Assembly (NCBI RefSeq): GCF_006345805.1
Contig: NC_043001.1
Span: 25,606,001 to 25,670,000, forward strand
Source of the DNA: Octopus sinensis
Lineage: Eukaryota
Length of the DNA stretch: 64,000 bases
Direction: 5' to 3'
A program made the position numbers and the translations under genes. The notes under the pieces were generated by a model. It saw only the letters and a list, made by a program, of their open reading frames with translations, searched no databases and was not told the DNA's origin. Below, in pieces: positions 37,991 through 50,700 of this stretch (the first letter of the stretch is position 1; each line of letters begins with the position of its first letter).

Positions 37991-38439
37991 AACATTTACT
38001 TCAAGAAATGTGCTTTACAAGTCAAAAACATTCATCGGCAGCATCGTCATTATCTCAACTACCAACAACAACAACAACCTCATTCATCATCATCATCAAG
38101 CTAAGTAAAATCACTGCCATCCATACAAACAGGAATGTCCCCTACGTTCGTCTCTCTGCTAAGGTGTATTATTCTTGCGGGCTCGTGGCTGCTGGTTCCA
38201 CTTAGAAGCGCGTGTGTCTATACACAGAAAATGGGTGATGTACATATTCTTTATCTCCGCCCACTTCACGTAATTGTTTTGACTGCTTGAGTAACAACAA
38301 TTCCCCCATGTATAGATAAAAACATGTTTTCAAAAAAGAAAAAAACAAAAACAAAACGGAAGGCCTATAGTGCAACCAACCGCTAAGGTATCTTTTGAAA
38401 ACTGAAAGCAAATTTGTGTTGAGGTTCATTTAAAGTTCA

Positions 38440-38985
38440 TTTTATGACAACCTGATTCTGTGCCCTATGTCATTCAAAAAATTCCTCTATGGTTTTCCTT
38501 TCATTCACATAGTCCAGACATAGGTTCTTCAAACGTTGTCCATACTCCTCTGTGACAGTATCACTCATTTTCTTGGAGGTTCGCCACGAGAATCTTTAAC
38601 CAGTGCTTCTGATACAAGAGCATCTATTCGAATGCCTTCAATGGCTTTCCAGATGGTTGGGTGGGCATACCCCACAAGTTCATGGAAATAAAAATTCCAG
38701 CTCTCGCATAAATGTTGGTGCGACCGTCATTATCAACAGTTGCCTGGTGGGCATTCCATAACTGCGGTGGAAACAAGGGAGGAATCTTTCTCATGCGTAC
38801 TAGAGGAATTATTCCATCAAGAAGGGCTGGTGCCTAGATGCGACGTTAAGTGCCGAATACATGTGCTACTGAAATAGTCCACAAGATCTTTCAGTCCTTC
38901 AACATCAGGTAACCCTTTGGCCACTTTGTCTACAGGTGGAAAAGCCAGTCCATCCAACATTCTACAAAAATGTTTTACTCGGTCT
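38440..38985 (-). mobile_element. MULE/Mutator-like transposase remnant, C-terminal part
   Basis: Minus-strand frames PPLFPPQLWNAH...GRTN...HPTIWKAIEGIR, with stops and frameshifts. Confidence 0.7.
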
Positions 38986-39563
38986 TCATTTCTTTATACA
39001 GAGGTCAGTCCCACACTTTGTACCTTGTATTTGTACCTTTCTCCAGCGATTTGTGTACCCAAGCTTTACCAGGTGCTCATGAACGACGGATTTTGATAGG
39101 TTGAGGCTTTCTGCTAATTCTCGGGTTGTGCAATGTGGGTTATTCTCAATTAATGACTTGATTTGGTCATCATCTATAGTGGATGGTCTGCCCGATCGCC
39201 CTTTATCAATAAGGCTACAATCTCCAGCTCGGAACCTTGCGAACCACTTCCGAACTGTTCTTTCGGATAAAGAAACATCACCGTAAACTGCGCATATTTC
39301 TTTGGTTACTTGTGAGGCACTTTTCCCTTTACGGAAAAAGAAAAGCATCAAGTGCCGAAAATGAACTTTCTTATCTTCCATTCTAAAGGGTTACAGAATT
39401 AACACAGGTTATAGAAACATAAACCTTCTTCCACGAAAAGATAGCTTAAATTCTGCTCTAAATGGAGGTGTAGTCAAGTCCTATTTTATGGAATCAACCA
39501 TGTTCTAAAATAAGTCGAAAGGTAAGATACTATAAATCGGCACGAACTTTCCGGACAACCCAA
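38986..39563 (-). mobile_element. Truncated mariner element (5' TIR plus HTH-encoding transposase N-terminus)
   Basis: TIR ttgggttgtccggaaagttcgtgccgattt next to TA at 39564-39565; ORF MEDKKVHFRHLMLFFFRKGKSA...GRSGRP. Confidence 0.88.
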
Positions 39564-39565
39564 TA

Positions 39566-39870
39566 CTTAGGGTCAGATGGTAGAAAACAGCTACGAGATG
39601 ATACGTGTGGTCCCAGAATTGTTGAAATCGCATTGGATTGCATCCCAGATGATTGCATTCATCCAAGGAGTTCTTCAGATGTAGATTGCGACTTTCCCGA
39701 CAAAAAGGCATATATGTATGTTACGGCTGATAAACTAAGAGGGACTCGAATGATGAATACTTGTTGGAAAATTTTTGGAGCTGTTTTAAAAGTCCTATCC
39801 ATAAATTATGTTGTACTGCGGGCGAAATGCTCAAGTGCTTGGTTCATAGCAGTCGATTCCGACCCGTTTT
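39566..39870 (-). mobile_element. MULE/Mutator-like transposase remnant, N-terminal catalytic part
   Basis: Minus-strand frame FMDRTFKTAPKIFQQVFIIRVP...YAFLSGKSQSTSEELL (DGTF-like motif). Confidence 0.72.
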
Positions 39871-40058
39871 AAAAAGTAATTGGAATATTCGTATTTTAGA
39901 TATAAAACATCAATAGGATTATCAATTGTTTTGTTTCTGTCGTAATATAATGAATTAACTCGGAGTAAAATACCAATTAAAAACTTTAATACGTGATAGA
40001 TGTATTTATTCAGTGGATCCGAAACTCTGTAGCAAAATGGGAGGGGGGTATATTCCCA

Positions 40059-40097
40059 TATAAATAAAGCCGCACACGCCATTTCTGTCCTTTACGC
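40059..40097 (+). promoter_or_regulatory. Candidate nucleolin core promoter: TATA-like box and pyrimidine (TCT/5'TOP-like) initiator
   Basis: TATAAATA at 40059-40066; pyrimidine run tttctgtccttt at ~40082-40093, about 30 nt downstream and 70 nt before the ATG. Confidence 0.5.
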
Positions 40098-40163
40098 AGT
40101 AGTCGCATACTTGTTCACTTCGTTTTAAAGTCGCTTGAAGTTAATATTCAGAAGAAATTTGAA

Positions 40164-40190
40164 ATGGCTGGTAAAAAGAATAAGGAAAAG
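40164..40190 (+). CDS. NCL: Nucleolin exon 1 (MAGKKNKEK)
   Basis: ATG followed by |gtatg donor; short K-rich first exon downstream of TATA-like element. Confidence 0.8.
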
Positions 40191-41708
40191 GTATGTTATT
40201 TTATTATTTTTCTATTTTATTCGAGGATAATATCTTTTGAAGATAGAATAAGCTGGTTAAAATTGAAATATACAACTTGAAAGCTAGCCAATTGTGGAGA
40301 GTCCACGTGTTCAAGCACATGTAATAAGAGACGAGATTATTTCGAAATATTTCGCCAACAGCAAGTTAATCATTTCGAATTAACAAAAAATAATCACTAT
40401 AATATCAAGTAAATGGTCCTACGAAATGAATTTTGCAGTTTTAGTTGTAAAATTATTTGATTAGCTGTGGAAGTTATTAAAAATATTAAAACCTATTCCA
40501 TGTGGTTTGTGACCTTATTAAAGACGAACGCAAAGTGATTATTTAATCAAGTGCTGTTTATTTAATTTATTAAATTCTGTCTCCACTTTTTGGACTGAGC
40601 TTCGGAATAATTACCTTCTTGCTCAAAACAGCTTATGTTTTCGTAGAATCGTAATCTGTATTTAAACATCCAGAAATTTTCGGAAGAAGTCATGGAAAAA
40701 AAAAAAAAATCTACTTGTGTTTTCCAAAATGGAGAAAGAAGCGAAGTTAATTTTTGCAGAATCGGAATGCCCTATATTTAAATGTTTAAAAATTAAATTG
40801 AAAGTAACTGCTTGTTGTAAATCTTAAAGAGTACTATCAATATCTCCGTATTTATAGCCTATTTGAATTTATTAAAAAGCTAAAAGAATTTGAAAAATAT
40901 TTTGTATAAAGATCGGTGAAAGAGTGATAATATGGGACAAAGCGACGTAATTAAAATTGGTTACTGGTAATTAGGGGAATGTAAAAAAAAAAAATTGGCT
41001 TTTCTCAAAATCAGTAAATTCTTAATCAAGTAATGATATCTCCGTATTTATAGCCTATTTGAATTTATTAAAGACCTAAAAGAATTTGAAAAATATTTTG
41101 TATAATCTAGAGATCGGTAAAAGAGTGATAATATGGGACAAAGCGACGTAATTAAAATTGGTTACTGGTAATTAGGGGAATGTAAAAAAAATAAAAAATT
41201 TGGCTTTTCTCAAAATCAGTAAATTCTTAATCAATTGGATTTTCTAAGATATATTTTTGTTGAAAAGGCGTCGCTGCCATTGCTGTTTTTCTACGATTCT
41301 AATTTGTGTCATGGCTGGGGCGTCCACGTGGGTGAGCTATGCCGAGTGGAATGTTGCGCTAGTGTTCAAGGAGAGCCTCCTGCTTGACTGATTTCACATA
41401 TACATTGCGGCGGTTATCGATACAAAAGGCGATTCAGACAAAAATACTTTATTTTTGTGTTGTAGTGAATTAAGAATTACAACATATCTTTTCTCATCGA
41501 TTGTTACAATATGTTTGTGTGTGAAATCGACAACAGTAATTTTTACTCGTAGAGGTCAAGCTGTGAAACGAATAAACAGTTGAAGCGAAGATACTTCGTG
41601 GTTTCGAGTTCAGTACTACTACTCACTAGTATGGGCAAGGGCAATTGTCTGTTGTGGTCTCTGGTCAGTTGTTGTCATGTGAGCGAATTTGGTACGCAAA
41701 AGACCGAC

Positions 41709-41753
<45 letters not shown>

Positions 41754-44700
41754 ATATATATATAGCAGTTCGGCAAAAGAGGCCGATAGAATAAGTACTG
41801 GGCTTACAAAGAATAAGTCACGGGGTCGAGTTGCTCGGTTAAAGGTGGTGCTCCAGCATGACCGCAGTCAAATGACTGAAATAAGTAAAAGAGTATATAT
41901 ATGTATGTTTGTGCAATTTCTATTGACTAAAGAGTAATTTGTTTGAAGAACCACTGCATCATAGCAAGAACGATTTCCATTAAATTGAAATTCCATAACA
42001 GACGATCGTTTGTTTCCATACTGAAAGATGAGATTGCATCACTTCTAACTGATCTGGTGCAATAATGAGTTTACCTCAATGAAATTCCAGTCCACCACGA
42101 GGTGGGCTTGTGAGAATTGAATTAGCTGCGGAGAAATTGATGTATTAAAAAGAAAAATCAGATGACACTTTGAAACTTGTGCTACATCATAAAGAACTAA
42201 TTAGACAGATGCAAACTACTTTCTCTTTTACTTGTTTCAGTCATTTGACTGGCCATGCTGGAGCACCGCCTTTTAGTCGAGCAATTCGACCCCAGGACTT
42301 ATTTGTAAGCCTAATCGGTCTCTTTTGACGAACCGCTAAGTTACGGGGGCGTAAACACCAGCATCGGTTGTCAAGCGATGTTGGCGGGGAAAGACAGACA
42401 GACACACACACATGTGTATACATATACAACGGACTTCTTTCAATTTCCGTCTACCAAATCCACTCTCAAGGCTTTGGTCGGCACGAGGCTATAAGTAGAT
42501 GACACTTGCCCAAAGTGCCACGCAGTGGGACTAAAGCCGGAACCATGCGGTTTGTAAGCAAGCTGCCACACAGCTACTGCTACATTATTACATGCTGGCA
42601 AACTTGAAGTTGATAATGGAGCGGAAGCAACTGACGCATTCATTGTTTCTGTTGGATGGGTGCATTTATTCCAAAAACTTAGAAGTGCTTTCGAAAATTT
42701 TTTTTTTAATATTGATATAGTAGGGGGGGGGGTTAATTCGAAATATGTATTTCTTGTTCTATATTTGTTCAGTGCCCTTCATTTTATAAGACGCTAAAGA
42801 TGTGTGTTTTGAGCAATTATTTCTAGCATGCTGATCGATCATATCAAACGTTTTTCTCTTGAAGTGTCGTCTGCTGGTTAATTGTCCGGCAGGTTTTCAC
42901 GCATGCGCGACTAAATAAACATTTCAAAACTTCCAGACGATTGATGTCGGTGGTCGGTGGGGGTATTCCAAAAGACAGGACTGTCTGGAAATTTTTCCAG
43001 AATCGTGTAGTCAAAAGAGTTACTTACGCTGACGATTTTTGTTTCGATTTAATTAAAAAAGAAAAAAGCCAAGTCAAGATTTTTATATTTCCACTACTGT
43101 TGTTTCTAATTTTAGTTGCACCACTTTTCCTCATGTTACCAATATTTCTCAATGTCGCTGTTTTGGGCTTTAATTATTTCTGTTGAATCCAGTTCTGCTA
43201 TGAACCAAGTTGATCGGCGGGCGATCAGTAACTAAGTCAGTATCTACATTAACCTTTGTCCGACCCATGATAGAAATAGGAAAGTGGACGTGAAAGTAAC
43301 GCTTTGATTCCTAAAAACAGTTTTACTTTCATTATTACATTCTGAGTTCAAATGTCTCAGATCAACTTTGCTTTTCGTCCTTCCAGGATCAGTTAGATTG
43401 GTGATCTTTCATTTGAAGATAATAAAGTGGAAGTGATGTAAATAGGCACTTAAACATCAATGCAATTAAAGTGAATGTTACTTGATATCGATATTGTAAA
43501 CTCCAAAAGGTCCAAATATTCGCACATAACTGACAATGAAAATTGAAAAGTCATCAATGAAATGGCCGAAAGAAATTTTTCTTAAATGATGAGATTCATA
43601 ACATTTTTAAAATGTTTAAACGTGACTATCTTATAAATAATTTATGCTTTCATATTTTAGTACTAGTGATAAATTATTTCGATGTTGCATTATGGAGGTG
43701 AATGACTTTTTTCATTATTGAATTGATGAATCAGTTGGACCGTTTATAACTTTTTCAGATATTTAGCATATTCACTAGCATTTTCTTTCATAATTAATGT
43801 TGATTTACCTCACTGGGCAATTCTGCTATTTTAGACTGATAAATACAATTTGAGGGGGGTTTTGGCTGCTACTTTTGGAAAGTAGAGTGACTGCGCAGTG
43901 ACTCCATTAGGCTCGATTTCGGTGTTGGTTAATACATGCTCAATTCATCCATGTGATGAATTTGGCTGCCGTGGTTCCTTGCGTGTCGGTCGGTAATGCC
44001 ATTGGCTCGAGGGGTATCGAAAATATGCCATTGGCTGCGATATCAATTCGGTTTGGCCGTGTTTCGATAAATGGTTACCGTGCAAGCAAGTGGTTATCGA
44101 GTATTGCATATTCTGGATGCTGCAGTGGATTTCCTGGTTTGTGTGCAAGCTGGTGTCAACCTGGTCTTACAACTACACCCACTAACCAGTATTGTGAGTC
44201 TACGGTGGAGGCTAAGCTGCGCCATGAAAAGGGGTATGAGGTAAACATTATGCATTTTTCCAGTTAATACTATTCTTTGTCATTGCACATTGCTCAGTTG
44301 TTTTAAGTTGAGTGAGCATGCCATTTTAACCTTCTTGAACTTTAGCTGTTATGTAAATAACTCACAAAAATATAGCAAATTTTGAAGCGTTTCATAATGT
44401 ATCGCACCCAGCAATTGTTTACAGAGAAATTTATTTTCACATCATGGCCATATATTGTCTACAGTGGAAAATCCTCTAGTCAAGGGGTCACCAAACTACG
44501 ATCCACATGCGGGAACTGGCCTTCTGCCACACTACCTTTTGTTTTGTGTAAGTGCATGCAGTGAGAGTTCATTTGCATCTGGTATGGCATCAGTGTTTGG
44601 AACATCTTATGTCTGAGCAAATATTTTCAAAAATAAAGTATGAAGTCAGCACATCAAACGAGGTTGACTGATGAACATTTGAAAGCATTTTCCCTTGGTT

Positions 44701-47700
44701 GGATGCAGCAACTACAACACAAATACTGAGATTCTTGAAGTTAAACACGGTTTCACAAGTCTCCAATCTTTTTTGCTGCTTAGTTTGTGAGATTCAGTTA
44801 TATCACACCTGTGCACTGGGTGTGATGCAATTGCTGTTATTGCCTTCTTTGATAACTTTTTGAGAAATAAAATATTTTGGTTGTCTTTTTTTATGTGTAT
44901 TTATTGTGTTGAGCAAAATAGTTACATGGCCCATACTTGTTATTCCCTCTTATCTGGCACCCTGTGTATAAAGTTTGGTGATCCTGCACTAGTCAAGTGA
45001 AAATGTAAAACATTGCCTAATTTATATTATGATGGAAATACATTCTCCTTTTTTGAAACAAGATTTGAAATATTTCTTCTGATAAACTGATTGCAATTCT
45101 ATGTAAAAAAAATCTAGTTGCCAAAGGTACCAGCTAAAGTTTGAGAAAGTGAAATGGCTGTTAGGTTCAACAAGTTAATGCCTAAATAGGTTTGATAATA
45201 AACAGTTAGGTTGTGATTGGTATAATGCAAGAAGCATTAAGAATCAAATTTTTAGCACTTTGGCAAATCTAAGCACTATATATATATGTATATATAGATG
45301 TGTGTATGGTGAGATTGAAGATAAATGACAAAATAACTTGTGTCCTTTATGCTTTATCTTAGGAAAATTTTATATATTGAATATATTCAAAAATTGCTTA
45401 ATGCTTCTAGTATTTTACAGTCTCAACAAATGTTATATATCTTGTAGAACCTCTTTTATGTACTATTTCAAATTATGTTTAAAATAAAAAATTTTTACTT
45501 CTGGACATTTAATAAATTTTGAATAGGACACTTATTTCTTACTCTTTTTTTCTAAAACATGGATTTTCAAGAGCCTTAAGATGTGGCTACAAAATTAGAC
45601 ATACCTTAAATATAACTGACCATAGCGTCTTGATGTCTTTCTAGTTGTATTGTTTCCTTGATGTGCTAAACTATAAGAACATTCTACATGGATTAAATTA
45701 TATAAATTGCATAACTACCTGGATATTTTTATTTTTTAATGTAAAACAATTACAATTTATCAATGTGACAGTTCATGTTATGACTGCAAATTCAAAATAC
45801 AGTGACATTGCCTTAATTTAATTTTAAAGATAAAGAATAATTTCATTATTAAACTAATATTTGGGACATTTAACATGAAATGGGAAGTTTGTGTCACAAC
45901 TAGGGTTATTCTCAGGCAGGTTTATATTAAAAGGGTTAAATTTTTAGGAAAAGCAATTGTAAACAAAATTATATTTTCCAAGGTTTGATCCAGTAGAGGC
46001 TCTTTTCTAGCTTTATATAAAGTATACAATTTAATGTTGTCTGTGTTGGCAGTCAGTTTATCCTGAGTTCTGAAAGTTCCCAAAATTTACCCAGTTGCTG
46101 TATATGCTCTACTTCTGTGTTGGTATCTTTTTCAATTAATAATGTTTCTTTGTTTTAGGCTGCCAAAAAGACTGCACCTCCAAAGCCTGTAGAACCTGAA
46201 GAATCTTCAGAGGAGTCCTCTGCAGAATCAGAAGAAATGGAAGTTGTGAGTACCTTTTTTTTTTTAAAAAAAAAACTATCATAGATAAGATTCAGTGTGC
46301 TTAAGTGCAAATAAATCCTTGAATTAAATTTTGCATTTTTATTTTAAAATAATTTGGCAACACTTACTTTTCTCCTTAGTCATTTGCCATTTTTGAATGA
46401 TAACCATAACTTATTCAATCACCTTCTGATCATCTTACATTGTCACCACCACCACCAGCAATTGTTTACTTCACCCACTTTGTTGCCACTGTCCACCTGC
46501 GAGAATTTGTACTTCTGTTCCTACCTGTGATGAGTTCTGCTAAAGTTCCTTCCAACTTTTTGTACATAACATCTGTACAAACTCTGTAGATCTGTCTTAT
46601 GGTAGCTCTAAATTTAACTCTTGACAGGTTGTATAGGTTGGTGGCTTGGTCATAATTTGAGACCTGCAAAAAGTTGTTTTCTTGCAGTTAGTGGATTGTT
46701 GCACATGGACATGTTTACATGTGATTAAGAAGCTAGTTTCCTGACCATGTAGTTTTTGATTCAGTCCAACTACTTGGCACGTTTAGTACTTGTCTTCTAT
46801 TATAGCCCTGGGTTAAGTACTTTGAGTGGATGATGGAATATGGTGAAAGCTGGTCATTCATGTATGTGGGTGCTCTTGTCATTGCTGGTTTGAACAAGTA
46901 TTGTTGGTTTTCAGTCTTTGATGTTTTGCTATGGAAAAATATTACCTTGCTTAGTAATTCAATCTGATCCATGAATAAATCAAAAGGTGTATGCTGAAAC
47001 AAGTTTTTCTTATAGGAATAATTTTTTTTTATTTTTAGGAAACTCCAGTTGTTACAAAGAAGCAGTCAAAGGACAAAGGTGCAGCTGGTAAGATTTAATT
47101 TATATATTTATTATACTTGGTGTATAGACAAAATTTTTATTGGGCTTATGTTAAGGAATCAATTCACTCACTACTCTGGTCTATCCTGGCAATAAAGCAT
47201 TCAAAGACTGCTGTGTTTGAAGATGTTTTGAGTTTCCTGTTTCGTTTTTTTTTGTTTTTTTTTTTATTGAAAAATGCTAAATATCAGAAATATGTGAAGT
47301 GCTGTGCATTACTTTCGATATTTTGAGTTTGTAATAGATGCCAGAAGTTTCAGATTAATCCTGCGTTGTCCTGTGGCTGAGATTTCAGTGATGTGATTAC
47401 TTATTTTCAGAATGACATTGGTAAAAGTGAGATGCTGGATATCGCCAGTTTGAACATAAAACAAGTAGGCTATTAGGGTTGGGTATGGCCAGTTTAAATG
47501 CTAAAGGATTAAATATCTGTATTGGACTTGTACAAATTCATGAAATTTTAAATAGCTATAATCTATTTATATCTGCTTTATTTTTGTAATGTTTTTGTTT
47601 TGTACAATAGCAAAGAAAAAGAAGGAAGAATCTAGTGACAGTGAAGAAGAGGAGGAAGAAGAAGAAAGTAGTGAGGAAGAAGAAAGTGAGGATGAGGAAG

Positions 47701-50700
47701 AAGAAGAGGTAGTAGAAGTTAAAAAGAAAAAAGATAAAAAAGGAAAAGATGAAAAGGTTAAAGAGAAAGTTAAAGAAGAGAAAGTAAAAGAGGAAAAGAA
47801 GGTAAAAAAAGAGGAGGCTAAAAAGGCTGCTGAATCAGATGATTCTGAAGAGGATTCTGATGAAGAATCTGAAGAAGAATCAGAAGAGGATTCTGACGAA
47901 GAAGAGTCTAGTGAAGGTATTACAAATCCTAAAATATATCTTGAATAATTTCTGCTTTGAAATGTTTTCTGATATTGACTAAAAACCTCTTTTACATTAT
48001 AGAATCAGAAGAGTCCCCTAAGCCAAAGCTGAATGGAAAAGCTGATGGTAAGTAATTTCTTCCTCATTTACCATTTTATTGCTGTTCAATGTAATCAATG
48101 CGGTTCATGTTTCCCATATTTATGTATATAATTAAGAATTTAATATTGGTTTTATAAACGGCTATAACTTTGTTTGGGAGCCATTATGCCACTAATAGCA
48201 TACACTGGCATGTGTTATCATTATTTATGTAACCAGCTTCCCAAAACAGGATTTGTTTCCACTCACAATCTGGTAAGCCAAAGACAAAAACTTTTTTTTT
48301 TGTTAATGCTCGGCCGCATGGAGGTAATGACAAGTCGCTGACTGAGACCTTTGGTGATATGCTGTCAAGCCAAGTGAAATCATAGTCGTGACCATTGCCA
48401 CTGGTGCGTAAGAAGCACCCATTACACTCTTAGTGATTGGCATTACGAAGGGCATCCTGCTGTAGAAAGCATGCAGCCCTCTGGTTTACCAGTTCCATGC
48501 CAGTGTGTAGTTTAATTTTTTAATGGAAAGCAGCAATGTACACTTTTTATTTGTGAGGTAGTTAGAAATAGAAACTTAATTACATTGATTATATCTGTCA
48601 TCTTTTTGTCTTCAACAGGTTCAAAAGAAGCTAAGAAGCGTAAGACAGAGTCAGAAGATGGTAACGATGCCAAGAAAGCTAAAGTTGATGGTGGTAAGAA
48701 GATATGCTTTAGTTTGTGTGCATGTTCCAGTTTTGTGGTTAGAAGCTCTGCAGCTTCTATCAGGACACTTTCATATCTTGATGTGATAATGGTGTGGCTC
48801 TTTATGAGCATACCTCGTTTCATTTATTATCCTGACAAAGTTACTTAAGGAAAAGCATGAATGTGTTGAAGCTTGCTTCTTACCTACATGGTTCTGGGTT
48901 CAATCCTGTTGTGGGGCACTTTGGGCAATACTCCTTGTGAATGGAAACTGAAACCCTGTTGTCTCTATCTCTCACTCTCTCTGTATGTATGTGCGCCTTT
49001 GTCTGTTTCTTCCCCCCCCCCCACCTCAGTTACTGCACAACAAGTGTTTGTTCCTGTACCTTAACAGTTCAGCAAAAGGGGCCAATAGAATAAGTGCTAG
49101 CCTTTACAAAATGAGATCTGGGGTTTATTGGATTAAATTACTTAATGGGCTTTTAATGTCACATCCCAAACCAGTTGATCCAGTGAGCAATTGTGATCAT
49201 TCCATTCCTGCTTCGAATCTCTTCTTAAACATGTTTCATCCATATCACTTGGTGAAGAATCTTACAGATTTATGTCCGGTATCAAACTGCATATAGGAGA
49301 TAAATATATTGCTCACATTATCATCTCCAAGATCTCTTTTATTAATGCTTTTGCATTTAGATGATCGCCAAGTATGTTTATTAGGACCATTTTGAATTAA
49401 TCATGTGGCTTTGAGATTTAGGTAGAATATTTTGGCCAGTGTTTTCTAAATTAAGACTAAGCATTGCTTCTTGCTTGGAAAATTGCTTTGTCAGTGATCC
49501 AGGACAAGGTGGAAGATGCGTTACCCTGTGGTACAGGAGTTCAAATTGGTAGAGATACTAAATTTGATGAATGACAAGTTACCACTGACAATATTGTTGG
49601 TTATTGTGAAAGATTATTGAATTTTTCAATTCTTCCTTTTCAGAGCCTGTAACAGTTATGTGCAGAAATCTTCCTCAGGAAGTGACTGCTGAGACCTTTG
49701 AGAAATTTCTTAAGAAGAAAGGAATTGAATACACATCTGTTCGCAAGCGTGATGACAGAGCGTATGTATTACAATTGCTTCTTAGCTATTTTACATTTTA
49801 TAGGCTTTTTGTTATGTATATTCACTTTGTGTTGTTTTATATTCACTCCTTTATATTGTTTTTTTTATAGATTTGCCCACATTGACTTGGCTAATCCAGA
49901 TGATCTTGATAAAGTTTTAGCAATGCAGAATATTGACTATAAAGGGAATGCACTGACATTTGAAAAAGGTCGGCCCATGAGAGCAAAGGGAGAAAGAAAC
50001 ACTGGTATGTTGATTTTGTTTGTACAATAAAAACTCGAGGAAAATAACCATAGAAGTAATGTCCCGTTGGTACATTGAACAATACACATTTTGTGCACTT
50101 TTTTTCCCAGGTGATGATTCAAACACGCTATTTCTGAAAAATCTACCCTATGATGACTCCGAAGATACTATTAGAAGCAAACTGATGGAGATATTTCCTG
50201 CAGCACAAAGTATCAGAATTCCCTATAAAGGAGATTCACATAAGGGGTAAGATTTAAATGTCTTAGATTTGCAGTGTGCCATTTATATAATCATTTGTGA
50301 TAGTTTTCTTAGATTTACTTTTTTTTTCTTTGAATCAATTACTGCAGGATTTTATTTTACTTGCTTTTATTTACCTGGTGTTTAACAAACTTTGAATCGT
50401 GAGTCGCTGTTTCTGTGTATAGTTGGTGTGTATTTCATTTTGTAGATTTTTAGTTTTTAAAGACAAATCTCTTTAACCCTTTCGTTACCAAGCCGCCCGA
50501 AAAAAATTTTGGTTAATGTGACCTGTTCATATTTAAATGAGAATATCAGAGCAAATCTCTTTAGTACATTCGTGAAAATACGTGATTATACTTCGTAAAC
50601 AGTTCATCTACAGTTTTGTACGATCGACATGTAATTTTAATTCAACTTTGAAAATGGATAGGAGTTTCATGTTATCAAGCATTGATTTCGAATTGGAAAA

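Noticed and set aside
35345-38215. Possible small minus-strand gene (GC-rich island ~38140-38215, mini-exon 35550-35582, hydrophobic frame near 35345-35406)
   Set aside because: No consistent spliced ORF could be built; part of the region looks like a hAT TIR fragment.
43953-43959. GTGATGA as box C of a C/D snoRNA
   Set aside because: It lies inside an 8-bp hairpin, and no well-placed CTGA box D with a terminal stem was found.
43850-44250. Telomerase RNA, RNase P/MRP or U17/snR30 identity for the intron-1 island
   Set aside because: No CUAACCCU template, no P4 consensus motifs, and no exact m1/m2 motifs; kept only as an unidentified candidate.
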